Part shown: positions 53,601-63,231 of the stretch, in pieces
How positions within the stretch are numbered: position 1 is the first letter of the stretch
How the letters are laid out: each line of letters begins with the position of its first letter
NCBI GenBank assembly: GCA_024346625.1
Contig: AP024666.1
Span: 1,674,001-1,738,000 of the forward strand
Direction: 5' to 3'
DNA from: Williopsis jadinii
Lineage: Eukaryota
DNA: 64,000 bases
Notes under the pieces: generated by a model
The model's input: only the letters and a program-made list of their open reading frames with translations
Told to the model about the DNA's origin: nothing
Databases searched by the model: none
Position numbers and translations under genes: made by a program

Positions 53601-56037
53601 TTGAACGTGACCCGTTAAACTCACTCCAAACAAGAGCTGAAAGTATAACACACGTTCAGGCATTCTTCCAATATTGCGCCAGTCATCCATATGAACAACT
53701 CACGTATCCAGAGATCAATAAAGTTGCTAGATGGAGTGCTAAGGATCATAAGTGGATCACCAGATCAAGGAAAAGTGACTCATTATCACGCTTGCAATCA
53801 ACTGGACATGGCACTGAACGATACTACATCAAATTACTATTGATGAAGATTAAGGGCCCAACTTCTTGGGATGCCTTATTGGTTGATGGCGCAACAACTT
53901 TCCAAGAGTCGTGTCAAAAATTGGGTCTCATTGGTGGTGATGATGAATGGGTTAATTTGATAAGAGACCTTTTAACTGAGAGAACACCATCTACTTTGAG
54001 GAAATTCCTGGCCCAAATTATTGAAAGCTGTGATGTTAATGACGCTGAAGGTTTGGTTATAAGATGCGCTCCAATGTTAACAATTGACCTTGATCAAACT
54101 TTTGCACGTGAATTCAACCAAGAACGTGAATTATCAGATGAGGATAAATTGGATTACTTGAGATACTTGCTCTCCAAAAAAATTGATTTGGTTCACTACA
54201 AAATTCAAATGTATCAATCAAACTATGCAAACTTGAATAGAGGTTGGCTTATTAGAGAAAATGCAACCACTTTAGCAACTTTGGAGGAGGTTACAAATGG
54301 TGTCAATTCACTAAGACCTTTACAATTGGAAATATTCAATAAAGTTATCTCTGCAGTGGAACAGAACTTACCAAAATTATTCTTTTTAGATGCACCTGGT
54401 GGTTCTGGTAAGACTTATATTGAAAATCTCATTGTTAGAAAATTAAGATTGCAGAATCGTGTCGTTGCAACATGTGCATCCACAGGTATTGGAAGTTTAT
54501 TGTTGGATAATGGTTCAACAGCTCATAGGCTCTTTTCCATTCCAGTTGTTGAGGATGGTAAAGAGTCAATCATTGAATGCCCACTCAAGATGGTTGATGA
54601 CAGATGGGGGCTCTTAAAAGAAGTTGAATTGATCATTTGGGATGAAATTAGTGCCCAATCAAACCAATGTATCGAGGCTGCTGATAGACTCTTGAGGAAG
54701 ATTAAAGATAAACCTGAAGTACCATTTGGTGGAATTGTTTTGCTCTTGAGTGGTGATTTCCGTCAATGTTTACCAGTGATTCAAGGAAGTACTAACCAAG
54801 AAGTTATCATTGCAAACTCTTTATTCAGGTACTCAAACGCTAAAGATATAGAAATCTTGAAATTGACGGAAAATTTAAGAATCTTGAGAAATGATTCATT
54901 TACTGAAGAACAACGAAACGATGCTTTACAAATCTCCAATAAATTGCTTCAAATTGGAATTGGGGGGAACGTTGTCGATTTTGTTCCAAATGTATTCGAA
55001 ACTGAACGAGAATTCTTGAATCAAATTTATCCAAGCGGGTTATTAAGTTCGTTGGAATTTGGAACAGCATTTAATCTATTTGGTAACACATGTATATTGA
55101 CACCTTTTAACAAATCTGTTGACGCCATTAACTCCAAATGTCTTCAGAAGATGACAACTGAATCGTTTGACTGTATTGGCAGTGACACTTTGGAGGAAGA
55201 ATTCGACAATATCATATCAAGAAACATTGCAAAGCTGTTCCATACACCAAGAATTCCTCCGTTCAAATTACAAGTGAAGTTAAATACACCAATGATCTTG
55301 ACGAGTAATATATTACAAACCGAGGGATTGGTTAATGGATTAAGAGTATTGATCACTGAAGTCCGCTCAAATCTCATAGTTTGTCAAATATTGACTGGTG
55401 ATCGTAAAGGTGATATTATTCAGCTTACCAAAATCAAATTCAAACATACATGTGATTCCAAATGTTCAGTAACCTTCACAAGGTGCCAATTCCCATTGAG
55501 ACATTGCTTCGCCATGACTATCAATAAGTCTCAAGGTCAAACTTTTACAGGTAAAGTTGGTATCCACATGAATCCCGCATGTTTTGCTCATGGTCAAGCT
55601 TACGTTGCACTTTCAAGATTGACCAACATGAATAACGCATACATGCTCTTACCAAAAGAGCTATACAACAACCAAGGTGAACACACAATCGTCAATAAGG
55701 TGTTTGAAAAAGTGGCTAAACACATAACAGGAGAGATAAATCTTTTCCATACCTAACGGGAATCAGATAAGTATCATTCTAACATACCCATATCCTACAC
55801 ACATGCTTGCGATTACATATACGAAATCTTACGCTACAGTTTTAGAAAATTCTTTAAAGCGTAGATTTCGTTAGTTTCAAAATCATCCGATCAACGAAGG
55901 ACCAGGCATTAAAGTCAATACCCGACGGGCCGCGCAGCGCAAGTTGATCGCGAAGGTAGCGGTGATTCGAGATTTACCGGAGCGTTAGCGAAGGTCCAAA
56001 TCGCGTTCACCGTACCGAAGCACTACAGATCAACTTG
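50636..56037 (+). mobile_element. Helitron rolling-circle transposon, apparently autonomous (boundaries inferred)
   Basis: Contains a complete Rep/Helicase ORF. Candidate 5' end is A|TGATACTTATAAAA at 50636; candidate 3' end is ...GATCAACTTG|T at 56037, preceded by long hairpins. No target-site duplication. The element identity is secure; the exact ends are inferred. Confidence 0.85.
51105..55756 (+). CDS. Helitron Rep/Helicase transposase; predicted 2 exons (51105-51267, 51333-55756), ~1528 aa with an N-terminal AT-hook
   Basis: Zn-finger-like CCDYCHALL...FCCDRGKV. Rep motifs FLTFTANP, EFQKRGLPHIH (HUH) and YLFKYMTKG (two catalytic Tyr). Pif1/SF1B motifs DAPGGSGKT, LIIWDE, GDFRQCLPV, QFPLRHCFAMTINKSQGQT and HGQAYVALSR. 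Intron 51268-51332 (GTACGA..GACTAAC..AAG) keeps the frame. Confidence 0.93.
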
Positions 56038-56368
56038 TTACATGTATGGAATAATACTGTCACGCTTCACGAGACGGTGATTACACACTCTGTTGATGTA
56101 TTTTAATATTCCATTCTGATATTCAACTAATACAGTCTCAGAGAGTACACCTGTAATGTTCTCCAATATGCGTGCTTTTGCACGCTTCAATTGATCAAAA
56201 TTGTGGTATCACTACTGTTCTTTGACAAGGGCAGGAAGGTCAACCCATGTTGTATATCCAAGACTTTGCCGGGTTCTTTATTCTCCTCTAGTATTCTTTG
56301 CCCAATGAAAGTATCGTTTCCTTCTATTTGTTTGGAATTTGATCAAGCAGATATCAAAACAGGATTAT

Positions 56369-56452
56369 CCATGATGTATTGTTCATAGCACTTCAACCAT
56401 GATGTATTGTTCATAGCACTTCAACCATGATGTATTGTTCATGGCACCTCAA
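56369..56452. repeat. 28-bp tandem repeat x3 (CCATGATGTATTGTTCATAGCACTTCAA)
   Basis: Two identical copies and a third with 2 substitutions, head to tail. Confidence 0.95.
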
Positions 56453-56526
56453 CATTGTCGTTAAAACTAAGAACACAGGTCTACAACAGCGTATATATGT
56501 GGAGGTCATAGCTATTCTATGTACAT

Positions 56527-57645
56527 TCACTTCTTTGGAGGTGGTGGCAGGGACGAGTTTGGATCTGGTGTGCCTTTCCCATGATGATCAAGTTCACGGC
56601 TCTTATCACTCTCCTGCTTCAAATAGTCCAACATGTCCGTATTGGCACCTGCAGCCGTTTTCTTCTTTCTACTGGCGTGTGGTATCTGCTGTGTAAATGG
56701 ATGAGCTGGGTCGTCGTTTGAAGTTGATGGCTTAAGCGACTGGTGTGGTGGTGGTGGTGATGGTAGGGAGATCTGTTGCACTTGCGGAGCTGGTGAACCA
56801 ACGTACTGGTTGTCAAACAGTACACTTCCAGGCTCAACACCGGCAGTCACTGATGGGATTCTATGTAGTAATCCATAGCCAACATTACAGCCTAATAGTC
56901 CCACGCCTCCCCAGTTATCAGTAGGGGTAATGGTCACAGGTCTAACCACGTTATAGTCACTGTTGTAAACATACAGTATAAAAGCCTGTCCACGTTTACT
57001 GTCAATGACTCGACCCAAGAGGTCTTCACCTCCAGTAGCTAGCAGCCCGTCTTGAGAGCCAATGATATAATCACTGTACTCGACGAGTCCAGCATGTTGT
57101 GCTGGGGAATTTGGATGAATCTCCAGCACATGGTATACAAACGTTGACGTGATCAACGGTGACCACTGGACTTGTAAACCAAAGTGCTTGTACAATCCCT
57201 CTTGGGATTGTAAATCCGATTTATTCCCATCCAACGGGACGTCACTCATGGTGTTAACATTGGATTCCTCCACAGGCAGCTCGACATACTTAACAGCACC
57301 ACCTTTAGCACTCCAAACTTCAAAAGTGACAGACCTACCATGACAATTGGCAATCTCCTGCACTAGGTACTGATAGTTTGGTTTCAATTGGCCGAATTCG
57401 TCATAGCTAGTTGGGATCTCATGCCCATTGATGCCAATGATGAAGTCGAACCAGCTCTCTAACCTCAAAGAATGAGCCTCACTGTTAGTGACAACGTTCA
57501 CGATCCGCAACGCGTGCTTGTTCATCTTTGCGTGTTGGAAGTAAGCATCGGATGAGATCACCGAGTCGTCTTGCGGACCTCCAGAAATCACAGACTCTGC
57601 GGTGTGTTCCAATGTCCTGACGATGTTTTTGGCAAACGAGAACAT
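56527..57645 (-). CDS. GRH1: GRASP55/65 homolog
   Basis: LESWFDFIIGING, VWSAKGG, LYVYNSDYNVVRPVTI, WGG.GLLGCNVGYGLLHRIP and a Pro-rich tail. Confidence 0.93.
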   Translation of the reverse strand: MFSFAKNIVRTLEHTAESVISGGPQDDSVISSDAYFQHAKMNKHALRIVNVVTNSEAHSLRLESWFDFIIGINGHEIPTSYDEFGQLKPNYQYLVQEIANCHGRSVTFEVWSAKGGAVKYVELPVEESNVNTMSDVPLDGNKSDLQSQEGLYKHFGLQVQWSPLITSTFVYHVLEIHPNSPAQHAGLVEYSDYIIGSQDGLLATGGEDLLGRVIDSKRGQAFILYVYNSDYNVVRPVTITPTDNWGGVGLLGCNVGYGLLHRIPSVTAGVEPGSVLFDNQYVGSPAPQVQQISLPSPPPPHQSLKPSTSNDDPAHPFTQQIPHASRKKKTAAGANTDMLDYLKQESDKSRELDHHGKGTPDPNSSLPPPPKK

Positions 57646-58000
57646 GTTTTATCACTCTGTTCAGTCTAGTTGATTGACAGTTTCAACGCGTTGTTGAAGT
57701 TTGACGTTGCCAGAGGGAAACTTTGTAAGATCCGTAAGGCACACCACCGAAGAGAACATATTCCGATGTATATTCCGATATATATTCCGATAAGAAACAT
57801 TATTCCGCAACAGATTCCGAAGAAAGACAACTTCCGATTGGAGTTTCATACAAAACACCCGGACACCACAAACACCCGGACACATCACGCAAAAATTTAT
57901 CAACACAAATTGCCCCAAGAGCTCATCAACAACTTTCTCCTTCTGCTTCTCTTACTCATCTGTTCCTGATCCCCCGAGTAGAAACCTATATTTGCTAGAG

Positions 58001-58852
58001 ATGGAGGAAGTGAAAGGATTCAGTGTGGTTCCAGTCGAGTTGGCGCAGTCGAAATGGAACAAACAGGCCAGACATTACATGTTTATCAAGAAGCATCAGA
58101 GCAATGCGATGAAAGAGATGGCTGAACGTTCTCTCTTCATCGTGAACCCACCGTTTGCGTGTACGCTGAGCACGATACGCCAGTTCTTCAAGTCCATTGC
58201 GTCGAACTCGCTGGTGGAGAACTTGTTCATTAATGACGAGGACTTGGACTACGACATCAACTTGACGAGGCTAACGTCGGATCTGTATGACGACGATAAG
58301 GATGGCCAAGGGTCGTTGGTTAGGCTGCCCAATGGCACGGCCATAGTGGTGTTTGTCGACAAGAGCGCATGCTCTCTTGCCATGTCCAAGCTCAAGAAAT
58401 ACTGTAAGGGCGATGAGCTCTACTCTTGGAGAGTGTGTGGTGACGAGACTGCCACCAGCATAAGGATGGCCAAGGCGTATAGAGACAGAGTGCTGTCTCC
58501 TGAGGAGACCTCCGCAGAGGTGTCATTATCCCTGCAGGAGTTTGAAAAGAGAGAGGCTAAGAGCATCGAGGAGCTGGGGGAGATGAAGACGCTGGTGGAC
58601 GAGGATGGGTTCACCATGGTTGTAGGCAAGAATAGAAAGACCAAGAGAGGTATCCTGGGTAAGATGAGTGGTACTTCCAAGGTGAAGGAAATCGAGGATA
58701 AGAAGTTGAAGAAGAAGGAAAAGGCAGACTTCTACAGATTCCAAATCAGGGAGAAGAAGAAGTTAGAGATGAACGAACTGTTGAAGAAGTTCAGAGACGA
58801 CCAGGAGAGAATTAAAGAGTTGAAGGAGAAGAAAAGATTCAGACCTTACTGA
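58001..58852 (+). CDS. RRP7: rRNA-processing protein Rrp7
   Basis: HYMFIKKH, RSLFIVN.P, VDEDGFTMV, DFYRFQIRE and C-terminal KKRFRPY. First ATG at 58001. Confidence 0.93.
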   Translation: MEEVKGFSVVPVELAQSKWNKQARHYMFIKKHQSNAMKEMAERSLFIVNPPFACTLSTIRQFFKSIASNSLVENLFINDEDLDYDINLTRLTSDLYDDDKDGQGSLVRLPNGTAIVVFVDKSACSLAMSKLKKYCKGDELYSWRVCGDETATSIRMAKAYRDRVLSPEETSAEVSLSLQEFEKREAKSIEELGEMKTLVDEDGFTMVVGKNRKTKRGILGKMSGTSKVKEIEDKKLKKKEKADFYRFQIREKKKLEMNELLKKFRDDQERIKELKEKKRFRPY

Positions 58853-58924
58853 TAAAACTAATCAATCATTATGAATAATCTGCATTTATTTACACGTGTA
58901 CAGTCTTCTTCTGCATTGTAGACA

Positions 58925-59308
58925 TCACTCGTCACCCTCATCGACGTCTCCCTTCTTAACTCTTTCTGTTTCCTTCATCAGCTCGTACAGCTGGTTGATT
59001 TGGTCAGGGCTCATCTTGGCCAATTGCTCATTGGTCATGCTTCCCTCGGCCCATGAGCCGTTAGAGATCATGTTCAGATACTCCTGCCAGCTCGTAAGGA
59101 ACCCAACGATGTACAACGGGTTATCGGTGGACTTGTGAGCCTTGAACTCGTCTTTCACATACAGGTCTCCCAGCTCCTTCTGCGCTGGAGGGAGGTTCTT
59201 ATGGGCCCTAAGAATACGTCTATACAGAGCAAGTGGTGGCAACAGGGGTGCAGCGTTACGGTGAGCACGTTTGCTGGCCTTCGCCAGCAGTAGCAGAGCA
59301 GATCTCAT
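58925..59308 (-). CDS. SDH7: Succinate dehydrogenase assembly factor 3 (LYR protein, Acn9)
   Basis: [37 protein letters not shown] and QLYELMKE. Confidence 0.93.
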   Translation of the reverse strand: MRSALLLLAKASKRAHRNAAPLLPPLALYRRILRAHKNLPPAQKELGDLYVKDEFKAHKSTDNPLYIVGFLTSWQEYLNMISNGSWAEGSMTNEQLAKMSPDQINQLYELMKETERVKKGDVDEGDE

Positions 59309-59696
59309 TGGATTACAGACACCTGTGAATACTTAGAGCACCGTCAATAGCAAATATGTCTCGCTTGTTGAAGTGTGAAGTTTGACGAAGTTTTTTTTCC
59401 ATCTCCTCCGAACACGGCCTTTCTCACGCTAATTACGCTGTCTAGAGCCATCTGTTTTAATACAACAATCAGGGGGATTATGAGGTTGAAGGGAGTCGAT
59501 ATACACATAAACAGCCCAATTGATAACGTCCATCGCCTCTCTACGTGTTTTCTGGTGGAAAAGCTCCCAAGGAACAAGAGCTAAAGCCGGGGAAACCAAC
59601 GGGGATTAATAGTAGTGATGTTCGGATGTTTTATGACACATAATTTCTTTACGCCTGGTCATTATATATGGATGGAGAGAGGGCTTCAATGAGGGC

Positions 59697-61277
59697 TCAG
59701 CCCGAGTCGGAGGTCCTCGAGGGCCCCCAGATCTTGACGATGGTGTCATCACCAGAAGATGCAAACATGCTCTTTATGCGTGGGTTCCAGCACACGCAGT
59801 TGGAGTTGCCAGTGTGGGCATCGAACACCCCCAGCAGAGCACCGTACTCCTTGTTCCACATGAAGATGCGGCCGTCTTCGCTTCCTGAGAGGATGACTCT
59901 CTCGTCGTAGCCGAAGCAGGATCTCAGCACGAACTTCTCCTGCTTATGGCCGACGTATTTGGCCAGGAGGATGTGACGAGACCAGTCCCATAGCTGCAGT
60001 TCGTTTGGCGAGACGTTGATGAGAATCTGTGTTGGATTCTTGTCAGATACCGATACGCTCGTGAGTCTTTGGCCCAGCTCCAGTGTCTTCACCTTGTGCT
60101 TGGTTCTGAGATCCCAAACCTCAACGTTCATGTCATATGTCACTGCAATCAGCTTGTAGTCTCTTGAGATCTTCAAGTCGTTGACTACGGGGCCTTCCCA
60201 CCGGTGCAGCACCTCACCACTGGAGGCGTCGAATATGGCAATCTCCTTATCTGGTGAGCCCAGTACAAACGACCCACCATCTGGGAACCAATCAGAGCAC
60301 CATATTCTTGAGTCACCTCCCAGTGAGAGCGTTCTCACCAACTCGCCGGTTTGGACGTTCCACAGGTGTGCCTTCGACTCAAAGCTACACGTCAGCAGCA
60401 TCGAATCGTCTGGAGAGAACGAGCAGTGCATCACTTGCTTATCGTGTCCACTGAGATCGTGTAGCAGCGAGAACCCGTTGATGGCATCGTACAACAGCAC
60501 ATGGTTATCCGCAGAGGCACTGGCAAAGTACCTGCCATCATGGGAAAAAGTGACATACCACACTTCGTCCTCGTGCATCGTCAAGGTGTAGTGCACTGTA
60601 TCTGGGAAGTTCTTCTTATTCGACTTGACGTCTTCGTACAACGAGATACGATCACCTTCATCTCCAAACTGGTAAAGCGTCTTAGACTGCTGATACTTGA
60701 TCGACTGCTGCAACAGCTGGAAAAGTCTCTGCTTGGGAATCATATCGTTCGGGTCGATGAACTTGGAGATGTCGTTCAGCAGGGAGTCACGGCTCAGCAT
60801 AGCGTCCCCCATCCAGCCATTACTCCTCTGAAGCTCAGGAGAGTCCTTGTTCATCAGCAGCGACGTCAGTGCCCGTATGTTGGCCGTATCCGTCAGCTCG
60901 TGAACCTCTTGTCTAAGCAGTATCAACGCCTCCTGTGTAGAGTTCTCCAGGTACAGCAACTCCAGGAACTTCTGTCTCTTGATCAGGAACACAATGTGTC
61001 GCTTGGTCTCATCGCTATCATTGATAAGGTGCAAGTCAGCAATCTTCAGCTCGGCATTGGTGAAGTCACCACTTCTAACACACTCTATGAAGCCGTTGAT
61101 CGCCGGGGAGTCCAGTTCCAGCCCACTCTCGTCCCTCAGCTCATCAGAGGACCGTTGATAGCCCAAATCCGAGAGTGCCTGTATAATCAGCCTTGTCAGC
61201 TCTGAAGGGTCAACCTCTGGGAACCGTTGCGCCAATTGGCCCTGGCCCTTACCGCTGTTGCCTTGGTATCCATTCAT
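59697..61277 (-). CDS. GID7: GID/CTLH complex WD40 subunit (LisH, CTLH, WD40)
   Basis: LisH-like ELTRLIIQALSDLGY, CTLH-like QKFLELL, IPKQRL..LLQQS and multiple WD40 repeats (HEDEVWYVTFSHDG, GHKQEKFVLRSCFG). Syntenic with PDI1/RRP7. Confidence 0.88.
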   Translation of the reverse strand: MNGYQGNSGKGQGQLAQRFPEVDPSELTRLIIQALSDLGYQRSSDELRDESGLELDSPAINGFIECVRSGDFTNAELKIADLHLINDSDETKRHIVFLIKRQKFLELLYLENSTQEALILLRQEVHELTDTANIRALTSLLMNKDSPELQRSNGWMGDAMLSRDSLLNDISKFIDPNDMIPKQRLFQLLQQSIKYQQSKTLYQFGDEGDRISLYEDVKSNKKNFPDTVHYTLTMHEDEVWYVTFSHDGRYFASASADNHVLLYDAINGFSLLHDLSGHDKQVMHCSFSPDDSMLLTCSFESKAHLWNVQTGELVRTLSLGGDSRIWCSDWFPDGGSFVLGSPDKEIAIFDASSGEVLHRWEGPVVNDLKISRDYKLIAVTYDMNVEVWDLRTKHKVKTLELGQRLTSVSVSDKNPTQILINVSPNELQLWDWSRHILLAKYVGHKQEKFVLRSCFGYDERVILSGSEDGRIFMWNKEYGALLGVFDAHTGNSNCVCWNPRIKSMFASSGDDTIVKIWGPSRTSDSG

Positions 61278-61515
61278 CTCCACGTTGCTCTACTACTACA
61301 CCGTGAACTTGGTGTATCGGTGACACTTTTAGTGTGTGAAAGGTGGTAGAAAGCTTCAAAATTGCCTCCTCCCCATACTTTATACCGATATGCGTTGTTG
61401 ACTTCCTAATTGGGCAATGCTACGTGAGAACAGCCGCATATATGCAACACCTCCGGATTTTCCCTCCAAGGACATTTTATACGTGATTTATACTATACAA
61501 CGCCTCTAAACAGTG

Positions 61516-62799
61516 TCATTTCTTCTCCTTTGGCTTGTTCTCCTTTGGCTTGGCTGGCACGAGTCTCTCCTTCTGTCCACCAACGAGCTTGTGTGGCTTC
61601 ATGTACTTGTCCAGAGTCTCTTGGTCCACCTGGTTCTTTCTCTCTTGGAAGGCTACGATGTACTTGGTGATCTCGTCAATGGCGAGCTTCTTCATCTCGC
61701 CACTGAGCAATTCACCTGATTTGTAGCTGTCGTAGTACTGCTTGAGCTTCTCGTCATCGTCGAGGAAGAAGGACAGGTACTGGTAGGCAACGTCCACGTC
61801 TGGGTTACCACCCAATCTTCTGTGCTCTTCAACGGAGGTCTGGCCACCTGAGAAGGCATACTTGTTGATCTTCTTAGCGATCTGCTTAGGAGTGTCATCT
61901 AGGAAAATGGCAGATGAGTCGTCACTGGCGCTCATCTTTGTAGAAGGACCTTGTAGAGCAGGGAAGAACTTTGAGTGGATCAGTGCTGGCTTGGAGTACT
62001 TCAGCTTGTCTGCAACGTCACGACACAGACGGAAGTATGGGTCCTGGTCAATAGCACATGGGATCAGACACTGTGTCTTTGGGCCCATTCCCAGGACGTC
62101 TGGGAACGACGAAGGGAACGCAGTGGAGATCTGGATCGATGCAAAGTGCAATTTACCGATACAGTCGGAGTCTGTGAACCCGAAAACCGCCCTAGCAGTG
62201 GACGTGGTGATCTGACGTGAAGTTCTAACAACGTTCTCATAGAGTGCACCACCCATGTAGTCCAGATCTGAAAAGATAAAGGTGTTTTCAGGCTTGAACC
62301 CGACAGCGATGATGTCCTTTGCATTCTCCACGGCAAAGTTTCTAACGTCCTGAATGGTGAGCTTCGGCTTGAACAAGAACTTCTCGTCATCGGTCAGCTC
62401 GATCACCAACGGAACGTCAAACACCTCCTGTAGCCATTTGGTGAAGAGGAACGGAACCAGGTGCCCAACGTGCATGCTGTTCGAAGGACCACGGCCCGTA
62501 TACAGGAAGAAAGGCTTGCCCTGTTCGTACAGGTCCAGAATCTTCGAGAAATCTCTCTCTGAGAAGAAAAAGCCCTTTCTCAGGAAGTGATGTGGCTTAT
62601 GGCCAGTCACACGCTCGAATCTTTCAAGGGTCTCCTCGCCAATCGAGCGCGTACCAAACTGCTTGGTGAGCTTATCGTAGTCAATGGCCTGTGCCTGACC
62701 GTCCACAACAGCACCCTCCACTTCCCAGGGAGTCACTTTCTGTTCAGCAACCTGCTTGATATCCAACGCCTCGGTCTGTTTACTGAGCTCTTCAGTCAT
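61516..62799 (-). CDS. WRS1: Cytoplasmic tryptophanyl-tRNA synthetase
   Basis: ATG at 62799. Motifs VTPWEV, YTGRGPS.SMHVGH, CAIDQDPYFR and KMSAS. Confidence 0.96.
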   Translation of the reverse strand: MTEELSKQTEALDIKQVAEQKVTPWEVEGAVVDGQAQAIDYDKLTKQFGTRSIGEETLERFERVTGHKPHHFLRKGFFFSERDFSKILDLYEQGKPFFLYTGRGPSNSMHVGHLVPFLFTKWLQEVFDVPLVIELTDDEKFLFKPKLTIQDVRNFAVENAKDIIAVGFKPENTFIFSDLDYMGGALYENVVRTSRQITTSTARAVFGFTDSDCIGKLHFASIQISTAFPSSFPDVLGMGPKTQCLIPCAIDQDPYFRLCRDVADKLKYSKPALIHSKFFPALQGPSTKMSASDDSSAIFLDDTPKQIAKKINKYAFSGGQTSVEEHRRLGGNPDVDVAYQYLSFFLDDDEKLKQYYDSYKSGELLSGEMKKLAIDEITKYIVAFQERKNQVDQETLDKYMKPHKLVGGQKERLVPAKPKENKPKEKK

Positions 62800-63035
62800 T
62801 GCCTCTGTCTTCCGCTTCGTAGCACACTTCTCTCTCCACCAAAAGGGAAAACGATGTTGGCTTCGTTCAGTGAGCTGGAAAAGAGTGTTGAAAATTGTCA
62901 TCGGCTTCCCAATAGGGTAATATCCGAGGGCACCCATCACGTGATCAAAACCCAAGATGCGGCCGCCTCCCCGCGCTCACAACCACTTCCGCATTCGGAA
63001 ATATTCCAACACGGCGGCAAAAACGTTGAAAATCC

Positions 63036-63045
63036 CAACGTGTCC
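63036..63045. promoter_or_regulatory. Candidate UPR element (Hac1 site) upstream of PDI1
   Basis: CAACGTGTCC fits the CAnCnTG UPRE core, ~190 bp upstream of an ER-chaperone gene. Confidence 0.45.
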
Positions 63046-63231
63046 TTTTTTCCCCAAACACGCTTGTTGCGCGGAGAAAAGAGAAGGAAACACCAAAACA
63101 TTCGCGGCTTTGTGGTTATAAAAAGTTGATTTGTTTTCCAAACCACAAAAACACCCTTGCCATCCTTCCCCCATTTTGAGAGTACGAAAACATCAAAACA
63201 AACCCGTCCTTTCTCGAATATCACGAACAGA

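Noticed and set aside
51335..55756. Host PIF1/RRM3 helicase, or a Helentron/Helitron2-type element
   Set aside because: The HUH-Y2 Rep domain excludes a host Pif1. No C-terminal endonuclease or clear subterminal inverted-repeat pair supports the Helentron type.
50400..56370. A pseudogene split by the Helitron (minus-strand frames in the two flanks can be joined)
   Set aside because: The joined frames contain several stops and resemble no protein I recognise; frame continuity could be chance.
56369..56452. CRISPR-like array
   Set aside because: The repeats are head to tail with no spacers, in a eukaryotic context with no cas genes.
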